Both the position numbers and the translations under genes were made by a program. The notes beneath the pieces were generated by a model. That model saw only the letters and a list, made by a program, of their open reading frames with translations, was not told the origin of the DNA and made no database searches. Of a stretch of 64,000 bases of DNA, positions 56,064-64,000 are shown piece by piece. Location of the stretch: contig OW818651.1 in the NCBI GenBank assembly GCA_942492885.1, positions 1,346,959-1,410,958 of the forward strand. The letters run 5' to 3'. Source of the DNA: an uncultured Eubacteriales bacterium (GTDB lineage: Bacteria > Bacillota > Clostridia > Christensenellales > CAG-138). Within the stretch, counting starts at the first letter, position 1; every line of letters starts with the position of its first letter.

Positions 56064-57797
56064 TTACGTGATCGGCTTTGCAAGCGGCAGCATGATGCGC
56101 GCTAAGATGCAGCCCGGCGCGATCTCTTCGATGGTGAGCCCGTATTCCTCGCCGTATAAAATCTTGAGTCGGCGGTTGACGTTGCGGATGCCGATTCGCC
56201 CTAGCTTGCTCTCCGCTTCCTCGCTCGTTCCGTCCCAGCTTAAGAGCCGCGCGATGTTGTCTCGATCCTGCGCGGTCATGCTGCCGTCGTTCTCCACCTC
56301 CAGATAGAGGTGTTTTTTGGCGAAGATGCGCAGGGTGATGGCGCCGTTTGCGCGCTTTTCAATGCCGTGCTCCATCGCGTTTTCGACGATGGGTTGCAGG
56401 ATTAAGCGCGGCACCATCTGCTCAAGCAGCTGTTCATCGATCTGCTTGTCCACGCGCAGCCGCTCGCCATAGCGCTCAGAGAGGATATACAGATACGCAT
56501 CCACATATCTCAGCTCCTCCGCGATGGTGACCACCGAGCTGCCGCCGCGCGCCATCGCGGCGTCGAGCATGGTGCTCAGCGCCTCAATCATCCGGCAGGC
56601 CTTCTCGTTGTTTGCCATGCGTGCTTCCCAGTTGATAATCTCCAGCGTATTGTTTAGAAAATGCGGGCTGATCTGGCTTTGCAGCGCCTTGACGCGCGCA
56701 TCCTGCAGGGCAAGCTGCTCCTCATAGCCCTGCTCAAACTGTGTCTTGAGCTCCGCGGACATGCTGTTGAAGTGCTCAGCCAGCGAGCGAAACTCACGGC
56801 TGTCCGGCAGGGGCGAGATCGCATAGCCGCGCTCGCCGCGCTTGACATGCCGCGCGGCGTCGATCAGGCGCGCGAGCGGCTCGGTGATGAAGCGGTAAAA
56901 TGCCCAGATGACGAACGCAAGCAACGGAATTGCCAGCAGCATCACCAGGATCAAAAACCGCATGGAGCTGGGCAGTTCGTTTGTGATCTGCGCCCCGTCC
57001 GAGCGGGCCAGTAGCCGGAGCGTGTAGTCGGACGTGCGCAGCGTCCTATCAATCGGATACAGCGCCTCCGTCTTTGCGTCTTTCCCCGCCACTTCTTCCC
57101 GCAGGACGCCGTCGCCGGCGATCACGCGCGAGATGTCGTTGAGGTTCACGCTCGCATCCGTCAGCCAAACGATGTTGCCAAGCGGCGCAAAGAGCGCTTC
57201 CTCGTCGCATTCCATCACGATCACTGCATAGGGATGAAACGTGCTGTCGACGATGTTTCTAAGCATATACAGCACGCCGTTAGCCTCAAAAAAGCGGATC
57301 TGCGTGCTGCTCTCGCCCGAAAGCTCCAGCGCGATCTCGTGCGCATAGGTGCGATAGCTGCGAATGGGATCGGTCTTGCCCATGTTGGAGCGGTTGCTCG
57401 CGTAATAGATCGTCGCGGGGTTTTTGACGAAATAGAGCATCACGCCGCGGAAGTTTTCGTCATAGGAATACTGCTGGGAGAGATACTCCGTCACGCTGCC
57501 GTAGAGCGCAACGCCGTCCGCATCCTCGGAAAACTGCGCCCAGGCGCGCTGGATGACGTTGTCATAGCTCGCCGCGCGGGAGGCCGCCAGCGCGGAATCG
57601 ACGCTGGCTTTGGTCATGTTCATGGCGTTGGTGACGCTGGTTTCAATCGTGTCGTCAATCCGGCTTTGCAGGTTGTTGCGGATGAAATAGCCCGAGAGAG
57701 CTAAGATGAGCAGCACCGGCAGCACCCAACATACGCCGATGAGCGCAATAAGCCCGTGTTTGAGGGAGATACCCTTGCCTGTCGTTCTCTCCGCCAT
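56064..57797 (-). CDS. Sensor histidine kinase (YesM-like)
   Basis: Trimmed to ATG 57797, 9 nt after GGGAGG. Two TM segments flank an extracellular domain. HAMP domain, 'QISPHFLNNTL' H-box and HATPase 'GIGIRNVNRRL'. Confidence 0.88.
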   Translation of the reverse strand: MAERTTGKGISLKHGLIALIGVCWVLPVLLILALSGYFIRNNLQSRIDDTIETSVTNAMNMTKASVDSALAASRAASYDNVIQRAWAQFSEDADGVALYGSVTEYLSQQYSYDENFRGVMLYFVKNPATIYYASNRSNMGKTDPIRSYRTYAHEIALELSGESSTQIRFFEANGVLYMLRNIVDSTFHPYAVIVMECDEEALFAPLGNIVWLTDASVNLNDISRVIAGDGVLREEVAGKDAKTEALYPIDRTLRTSDYTLRLLARSDGAQITNELPSSMRFLILVMLLAIPLLAFVIWAFYRFITEPLARLIDAARHVKRGERGYAISPLPDSREFRSLAEHFNSMSAELKTQFEQGYEEQLALQDARVKALQSQISPHFLNNTLEIINWEARMANNEKACRMIEALSTMLDAAMARGGSSVVTIAEELRYVDAYLYILSERYGERLRVDKQIDEQLLEQMVPRLILQPIVENAMEHGIEKRANGAITLRIFAKKHLYLEVENDGSMTAQDRDNIARLLSWDGTSEEAESKLGRIGIRNVNRRLKILYGEEYGLTIEEIAPGCILARIMLPLAKPIT

Positions 57798-57900
57798 CGT
57801 TCTATTCCTCCCGTATCCTAAGAATGCCAATACAGGCTCCGGAAATCCCCGAAGCCTGTCAAATACCGTATTCGGGCTTAAATCCCGATTGAATCTGCGA

Positions 57901-60291
57901 TTATCCCAGCTCGACTTCGACGCGGCAACGCGCGCCCGCCGTTATCTGCGGAATAATTGCCACGGGTTTGCCGTCGAGCAAAATCCGCTTGACCCCGCAG
58001 GTGACGCCGTTGGGATTCGTTACGCGGATGTCATACGTCGCCCCGCGCCAGACGCGGGAGACGGAGAATTCCTTCCAATTGGCGGGAATGCAGGGATCGA
58101 CCGTGAGGCTGTCATAGTCCGGTTTGATGCCGAGGATATACTCCGTCGCGGCATAATACGACCATCCGGCAGACCCCGTCATAAACGGATGTCTGGCTCT
58201 GCCAAACGCCGTGTGCGCCTTGCCCACCACAAACTGGCAGTAGACATATGGCTCCGCCTGACGCACCTCTATTTTATCATTTTGGTGATAGGGACACAAT
58301 GCGTCGTAGAACGACATGGCGCTCTCCCCGTCGCCAAGCGCGCAGGCCGCGCCCCACGCCCAGGGGTTGGGATGCGAGAAAATCGCGCCGTTTTCCTTGA
58401 GTCCCGGGTAGACGCGCGTGACAAAACCGATGCCGTCGTCAGGCTTGGTATACGGCGGCGCGTTAAGGATGATGCCGTAGGGGGTGTAGAGATAGTCCTG
58501 AATCGCCGCGAGCGCCTGTTCTCCGCGCTCCTGCGAAGCCACGCCGGAGAGCACCGCCCACGCGTTGCTCTCAAGGTGCACCTTGCCTTCTTCGTCGGTA
58601 TGCGTGCCGATCTTGCGGTTATCCGCCGTGATGCCACGGATATACCAGCTTCCGTCCCAGAGCACGCGCTCACAAACCTCCCGCACATGCTCCGCCATGG
58701 CGCGGTAATACGCCGCGTCGTCGCTTCTTTGGAGCTTTTCCGCAAGCGGAACGAAGTGATCCAGCGCCCAATAGTGCAAAAAGCTCACCATCGCGCTCTC
58801 GCCGCCGCCGAGATTCAGGCAGTCGTTCCAGTCCGCGCGAAGTCCCTTGCAGATGCCGTTTTGGCCGACTTGCTCCGCAGAAAAATTCAATATGCGCTTG
58901 AGATGATCGTATACGCTCTCCGCCCCGCCGTCCGCATAAGTAACGCTCTCGTCGGCAAACGCGAAGTCACCCGTTTCTTTGATGTACTGCGCAACGCTCA
59001 CCACGAGCCAGAGCGCGTCGTCCGAACAGGCATCCTTGATGCCGTGGACGATGCTCGCGCGATCCGGCACGGGGATCACGGTTGGCGAGCGGAAGCTCTG
59101 CTGTTTTTGTTCCGGCTCAAACCAGCGCGGCTCAAAGAGATGCAGCCCGTATCCCGCTTTTGTCTCCGCGCGGAGCAGCTCCACGATGCGCTGGCGGCAC
59201 TTCTCGGGGTTGCTGTGCGGCACACACATCGCGTCCTGCGCGGTGTCCCGATAGCCCAGCCCCGTGCGCCCACCCACCTCGATAAACGAAGAAAAGCGGG
59301 AGAAGATCACGTTAATCTCGCTTTGATACAGCGTCCATATATTGATCAGCGAATTCATGCCCTCGTTTGGCGTTTGGATCTGGAGCTTGCTGAGCTTTTT
59401 ATCCCAAAAGATGCGAAGCTTCTCAAACTGCTCATCCACCGCCTGCCCGCTTGCATACTTTTCTCGCATGGCTTTGCCCGACTCCAATCCGCCTTCGCCG
59501 AGCAGGAAGATCAGCCGCGTGCTTTCGCCGGGCTGGAGGGTGATCCGCTTTTGCAGCGTGCCGCAGTGGTTGCCGCCGAGCTCCGCGCTGCCGGAGCAAG
59601 CGCCGCGCTCGACCGCGACGGGGTTTCGCTCGGTGTGATACGCGCCGATGAACGCATCCCGCAGGCAGTCGTAACCGTCGGGTTCAAAATTCGAGGTGAA
59701 GAACTGGTAGCCGTCCTCTTCATAGTAAAGGTCGTGCTCGATGACGCCGTCACGATAGCGAGACCCCGCCGCATAGAGGCTCATCTGAAAATTTCGGTTG
59801 TCCATATCGATCTGGTGAAACGAAAACTCGCAATAGGAAAAGGCGGAGAGACTGCGCACGCGGTCACTGTCGTTTTTGATTACGACATCCCAAATCTCTA
59901 CCGGATCATCCTCGGCGACAAACAGCGTCTGCTCCGCGTGGATGCCTTTATAATCGCAGAGATACTTGCTATAGGAAAGCCCGTGGCGGCAGGTGTAGTT
60001 CGCCTGATCCAGCGGCTTGCCGACCGGCTGCCAGCTGATGCTCCAATAATCGCCGTCCGCTTCATCCCGCAGATAGACATAGTGCCCGGGGAAATCCATC
60101 GGCACGCCGTTGGCGCGAAATCGCGTGATGCGGTGGTACTCGCTGGCGCCGGAGAAGAGATATCCGCCTGCCGTCTGGTTGACGACACCGCACATATCCT
60201 TTGTTCCAATATAGTTTGTCCAGGAGACGGGTGTGTCCACCCGGTCGATGACGTATTCACGATGATCATTGTCAAAATAGCCATATCGCAT
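57901..60291 (-). CDS. GH94 glycoside phosphorylase (cellobiose/chitobiose phosphorylase family)
   Basis: Trimmed to ATG 60291. About 796 aa. N-terminus 'MRYGYFDNDHREYVIDRVDTPVSWTNYIG' and 'CRHGLSYSKY' are typical of cellobiose phosphorylases. Confidence 0.9.
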   Translation of the reverse strand: MRYGYFDNDHREYVIDRVDTPVSWTNYIGTKDMCGVVNQTAGGYLFSGASEYHRITRFRANGVPMDFPGHYVYLRDEADGDYWSISWQPVGKPLDQANYTCRHGLSYSKYLCDYKGIHAEQTLFVAEDDPVEIWDVVIKNDSDRVRSLSAFSYCEFSFHQIDMDNRNFQMSLYAAGSRYRDGVIEHDLYYEEDGYQFFTSNFEPDGYDCLRDAFIGAYHTERNPVAVERGACSGSAELGGNHCGTLQKRITLQPGESTRLIFLLGEGGLESGKAMREKYASGQAVDEQFEKLRIFWDKKLSKLQIQTPNEGMNSLINIWTLYQSEINVIFSRFSSFIEVGGRTGLGYRDTAQDAMCVPHSNPEKCRQRIVELLRAETKAGYGLHLFEPRWFEPEQKQQSFRSPTVIPVPDRASIVHGIKDACSDDALWLVVSVAQYIKETGDFAFADESVTYADGGAESVYDHLKRILNFSAEQVGQNGICKGLRADWNDCLNLGGGESAMVSFLHYWALDHFVPLAEKLQRSDDAAYYRAMAEHVREVCERVLWDGSWYIRGITADNRKIGTHTDEEGKVHLESNAWAVLSGVASQERGEQALAAIQDYLYTPYGIILNAPPYTKPDDGIGFVTRVYPGLKENGAIFSHPNPWAWGAACALGDGESAMSFYDALCPYHQNDKIEVRQAEPYVYCQFVVGKAHTAFGRARHPFMTGSAGWSYYAATEYILGIKPDYDSLTVDPCIPANWKEFSVSRVWRGATYDIRVTNPNGVTCGVKRILLDGKPVAIIPQITAGARCRVEVELG

Positions 60292-60628
60292 ATTCAGATT
60301 CCTCATTCCGGCATGATCTCGTTATCAAACCATTCATAACGTATGCTCAGAATCCTCCTTCTGGCATTATACCGAACAGAGCCGCGTGCGCCTACGCGAG
60401 CAGATGCGTTCTTTTGCCTGTGGTTGTCAGAGTGAATCGCCGCGTCAGACATGAGGCAACAATACAACTTAATTTTTATGCACAATTTGTATCATTTCAT
60501 GCAGAAGAATACACAATCGTACCGTCTTCAACAAAACGCTTGTTATGTGTTTATTACCTCGTACCCTTTTTGAAGAAATAATCGGGATTGCCTCTTTCGT
60601 GCCGCTCAATAATAGTTTTTACCACACG

Positions 60629-60657
60629 TTGACATTAACATTTGCTACCCATACAAT
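60629..60657 (+). promoter_or_regulatory. Near-consensus sigma70 promoter for the HD-GYP gene
   Basis: TTGACA (60629-60634), 17-nt spacer, TACAAT (60652-60657). Confidence 0.55.
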
Positions 60658-60696
60658 ATTGATATATGCATAAAATGCAATTGTTGTCCGGAGGTG

Positions 60697-63258
60697 ATGT
60701 TTTTGTCAGAAAAAAACAGTGTTCCGGGTCCATCCTTTAGTGATGCGTTCTTTCAGACCGTTTTTCAAACAAGCCCGGATGCGGCGCTCGTCTCTAGGGT
60801 ATGCGACGGCGCGATTATGCACGTCAACGACGGATTTTGCCGCATAACCGGATATTCCCGCGAAGAGGTCATCGGAAAGACCACGCGAGAGCTCGATCTT
60901 TATTTCAATTTCGAGGATCGCGACCTGTTTCTCGCGAGTATGGCAGAAACAGGCATTCTGGAAACACGCCCTGCCGATTTTCGAAGGCGGGACGGAAGCA
61001 GATATGCCGCACTCATCTCCGCGCGCTCGTTCTGGTCACAAGGATACGAATACGTTTGCGCCAGCATTCGGGATATCTCCGAGCAGCAGCGTGCCGAGCA
61101 GATGAACTGCGAGCGGGACGAAGAACTCCGCCGCCTGTTTGAAACCATGACGCAGGGAATTGTCTATCAGGACGCGCAGGGGAACATCATCTCCGCAAAT
61201 CCTGCGGCAATTCGGATGCTAGGCCTGAGTTTGTTTGAATTGTCTCAGCGCACCTCTTATACGACAGAGTGGAAAACCATTCGGGAAGACGGCACTCCCC
61301 TGCCCGGCAGCGAGCATCCTTCCATGATCGCGTTGCGCACGGGTAAGCCCTTTGGCCCCTACGCGCTCGGCGTTTACAACGAGAAGCTATCAGACCACAT
61401 CTGGGTTTCCGTGTTTGCAACCCCGCTGTTTCACGAAGGCGAGAGTAAGCCGTATCAGGTGTATGTCATCATGGACGACATCACCGCACAGCGCAAGGCG
61501 CAGCAGAACTATCAGCAGCTCTTTCACGAGATGATGGACGGTTTTGCGCTCCATGAGATCATCTGCGACGAAAACGGAAAACCGATTGATTACCGCTATG
61601 TGGCGGTGAACCCGGCTTTTGAGCGCATGACCGGGCTGCGTGCGGACAGCCTGATCGGAAAGACCGTGCGGGATGTCTTGCCCGAAACGGAGCAATACTG
61701 GATCGATATCTATGGACAGGTTGCGCTCACGGGTGTACCTGTCACGTTCCAGAACTACGCTGCCACGCTGGAGAAATACTTCAACGTCACGGCATACCGC
61801 CCGGCCCCGATGCAGTTTGCGTGCACATTTTCCGATGTCACACATCAGATGCATTATCAGCAGGAGACAGAGAAAGCGCAGGAGCAGATCAACCGCCTCG
61901 CGCACATCTGCGATGTTGCGCCTAGCTCGATCGTCGTGATAAACGAATCAGGACGGATCCTCTACGCCAATGAATATACCGCTCAATTGCATGGCTACTC
62001 GAAAAGCGAGTTGCTAGACAAGTATCTGTATGAGCTCACCGACAATACACAGAGCACTGGACTTGAGAAGTTCATCCAGGCGCTACAATTAGAGGGCGAA
62101 CGCGTTATAAAAAAATCAGCCCTTGCACAAAACGGCTCGACAATACCGCTGCTGATCTACGCAAAGTCGATTGTGTGGGACGGAGAGCCGGCTGTTTTGA
62201 GCATCGGCACCAACCTCACCGAGCAACTCAAGGCGGAAAGAACCCTGCAGGAAAGCCTTGAACAAAACCGTAGAATACTTGACAATCTTCAGGACGGGTT
62301 TTACCGCGCGGATCTGGACGGCAACTTCTTCATGCTCAACCCCCGCATGGCAGAGATATTCGGCTATGAAACCGTCGAAAGCATGCTGCCCACAAGCGCA
62401 AAGCTGATCTATGCCAATCTGGACGACCGCGTTGCGCTGTTTGAAAAGCTCAAGGTGGGCGGACGCGTGACAAGCCATGTCTGCCAGGTGAAGCGCCAAG
62501 ACGGCACGCCTTTATGGGTCTCCATGCACATTCAGTATCTTAAGAATGACGCGGGAGAGATCATCGGCACCGAGGGGCTCATCCGCGATATCACGGAGCG
62601 CAGAAAGCTCGAACAAGAGGTGCAAAAGCAGCACGAATCGCTCATTGAGACCAATCAGGTGCTCAAAAAGCGCTTGGAACAGTCCATCAACGCGCTCTCG
62701 AAGATGGCGGAACTGCGGGACGTCTACACCGCGGGGCACCAAAAACGCGTGCAGCAACTCGCCTGCGAGATCGGCCGGCGTTTTGGCATGACACCGGAGG
62801 CGATCACCAACCTTGCCTACGGCGCGCTGATTCACGACATCGGCAAGATCTACATCGCCTCGGACATCCTCAACAAGCCCGGCAAGATCACGAATCTCGA
62901 GTATCAGATTCTGCAAACGCACGCGGAATACAGCTATAACATCGCGCGGGAGATGGATCTGCCGCAGGTGATTTTGACCATGATGCTGCAGCATCACGAG
63001 CGGCTGGACGGCTCCGGCTATCCAAACAAGCTCGTCGGTGAGCAGATCATACTTGAAAGCCGCATCCTTGCCGTTGCGGACGTGGTGGAGGCGATGACGT
63101 CCCACCGGCCCTATCGTCCCGCATTGGGCATCGAGGCCGCGCTTTCCGAGATCGAATCGGGCAGAGGCATCAAGTTTGACCCGGCGGTGGTCGATCTTTG
63201 CATCTCGCTGTTTCGCGAGGAAGGGTTTGCGTTTGCAACCGAGTCTGAGCCCGCATAA
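60697..63258 (+). CDS. Multi-PAS sensor protein with a C-terminal HD-GYP domain (c-di-GMP phosphodiesterase class)
   Basis: About 853 aa. At least four PAS/PAC-like modules. 'HDIGKIYI' and 'HHERLDGSGYP' motifs. Exact start is ambiguous (GTG 60694 / ATG 60697 / TTG 60703). Confidence 0.9.
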   Translation: MFLSEKNSVPGPSFSDAFFQTVFQTSPDAALVSRVCDGAIMHVNDGFCRITGYSREEVIGKTTRELDLYFNFEDRDLFLASMAETGILETRPADFRRRDGSRYAALISARSFWSQGYEYVCASIRDISEQQRAEQMNCERDEELRRLFETMTQGIVYQDAQGNIISANPAAIRMLGLSLFELSQRTSYTTEWKTIREDGTPLPGSEHPSMIALRTGKPFGPYALGVYNEKLSDHIWVSVFATPLFHEGESKPYQVYVIMDDITAQRKAQQNYQQLFHEMMDGFALHEIICDENGKPIDYRYVAVNPAFERMTGLRADSLIGKTVRDVLPETEQYWIDIYGQVALTGVPVTFQNYAATLEKYFNVTAYRPAPMQFACTFSDVTHQMHYQQETEKAQEQINRLAHICDVAPSSIVVINESGRILYANEYTAQLHGYSKSELLDKYLYELTDNTQSTGLEKFIQALQLEGERVIKKSALAQNGSTIPLLIYAKSIVWDGEPAVLSIGTNLTEQLKAERTLQESLEQNRRILDNLQDGFYRADLDGNFFMLNPRMAEIFGYETVESMLPTSAKLIYANLDDRVALFEKLKVGGRVTSHVCQVKRQDGTPLWVSMHIQYLKNDAGEIIGTEGLIRDITERRKLEQEVQKQHESLIETNQVLKKRLEQSINALSKMAELRDVYTAGHQKRVQQLACEIGRRFGMTPEAITNLAYGALIHDIGKIYIASDILNKPGKITNLEYQILQTHAEYSYNIAREMDLPQVILTMMLQHHERLDGSGYPNKLVGEQIILESRILAVADVVEAMTSHRPYRPALGIEAALSEIESGRGIKFDPAVVDLCISLFREEGFAFATESEPA

Positions 63259-63331
63259 TTCTCTTTTTAGGTTCTCATATCTTGCAAGTCTGAATCCGAT
63301 AAGCAAAGCTATGGCATAGATCGCTTCCCAG

Positions 63332-63361
63332 CAGCCCGCGCGTCATCGCGGGCTGTTTTTT
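63332..63361 (+). terminator. Rho-independent terminator
   Basis: cagcccgcg-cgtcat-cgcgggctg followed by tttttt. Confidence 0.7.
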
Positions 63362-63527
63362 GCGCAAAGGTAGTCGGCGCGGGCAAATGCGTTTCTCATG
63401 CAATCTTCATTTGAAACACGGGGAAATTAGCATATAATGAGATCATACTTGTTGCTAGCGTTACAGAGCAGCATGAGAATTGGGCGAATCACGCAAAACA
63501 GACATGTTTTTGATAAGGCGGAACGCT

Positions 63528-64000
63528 ATGCGCATACTAATCGTTGAGGATGAATCCGAAATCGTACGCTTTCTGACGCTGGAGCTTCAGCACGAGGGCT
63601 ATTTAACCGAGAGCTGTTTAGACGGCAGGAGCGGCTTGGAGCGCGCGCTCTCCGGCGCATTTGATCTTGTGCTGCTGGACGTCATGCTGCCCCAGCTCAA
63701 CGGAATCGAGGTGCTGCGGCGCCTGCGCAAGGAGAGCACGCTGCCCGTGATCCTCGTCACCGCGCGTGACGCAGTCATGGAGAAGGTAACCGGCCTCGAC
63801 CTCGGCGCCAACGACTACATCACCAAGCCGTTTCATATTGAGGAGCTGCTCGCGCGCATCCGCATGGTGCTGCGCACCGCAGACCCCGCGGCGCTGGTCG
63901 GCGCGCCGGACGCGCTCACACTCGGCGACCTGACGCTCACGCTCTCGTCTCGTCAGGTGACGCGCGCGGGAGAGGCCGTCGAGCTGACCAAGACGCAATA
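63528..64000 (+). CDS. OmpR-family response regulator (3'-truncated by the window end)
   Basis: ATG 63528. 'MRILIVEDESEIVRFL...DLVLLDVMLPQLNG...ITKPF' receiver, then the start of a winged-helix domain. No stop before position 64000. Confidence 0.85.
   Translation, partial: MRILIVEDESEIVRFLTLELQHEGYLTESCLDGRSGLERALSGAFDLVLLDVMLPQLNGIEVLRRLRKESTLPVILVTARDAVMEKVTGLDLGANDYITKPFHIEELLARIRMVLRTADPAALVGAPDALTLGDLTLTLSSRQVTRAGEAVELTKTQ

Noticed and set aside
60292-60370. Small upstream ORF (ATG about 60342, minus strand) overlapping the GH94 start, as a leader peptide.
   Set aside because: The AAGGAGGA upstream is about 15 nt from that ATG, which is poor spacing. The frame has no notable composition and there is no attenuator-like structure.

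Overview
High-GC (about 60% by eye) chromosomal segment with Clostridia-type gene content: FabK-type FASII, a YesM/YesN-like two-component pair, LysM, and lipoprotein solute-binding proteins. Assignment to an Oscillospiraceae-like gut anaerobe is inference only. I call about 62 protein genes. I see no rRNA or tRNA, no transposase, integrase or phage genes, no CRISPR array, and no recognisable defence system.

Layout:
- 17-4075: ROK plus PfkB sugar kinase pair, divergent from a long-form U32 protein.
- 4166-12948: CUT2-type sugar ABC transporter with a Gfo/Idh/MocA oxidoreductase, a TIM-barrel isomerase and two LacI regulators.
- 13051-22999: tightly coupled accBCDA-fabH-acpP-fabKDGFZ operon behind a MarR gene.
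- 23257-33881: mixed accessory-looking stretch with a LysM protein, methyltransferase, membrane GGDEF, GLUG/Big_2 secreted protein, zinc-ribbon miniprotein, PadR plus membrane polyferredoxin, hcp plus a Nox/CoADR-type flavoprotein, an LRR lipoprotein, and an unlisted 57-aa tail-anchored ORF.
- 33989-38182: cobalamin-riboswitch-controlled BtuFCD-like transporter.
- 38324-44431: D-aminoacylase-family gene, LysR and adhE.
- 44560-50063: small DUF genes, rluA-family gene, trxA and mgtC.
- 50220-60291: GH94 phosphorylase locus with phosphoglucomutase, CUT1 ABC components and a YesM/YesN-like pair.
- 60697-64000: multi-PAS HD-GYP protein and a partial OmpR-type regulator.

I did not find a convincing new multi-gene system. 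The least ordinary structure is non-coding: two sequence-related tandem-repeat arrays bracket the LysR gene. One has 30-bp units just upstream of lysR. The other has about 60-bp units filling the long adhE upstream region. All coordinates, starts and motifs come from manual reading, and no database search was run.
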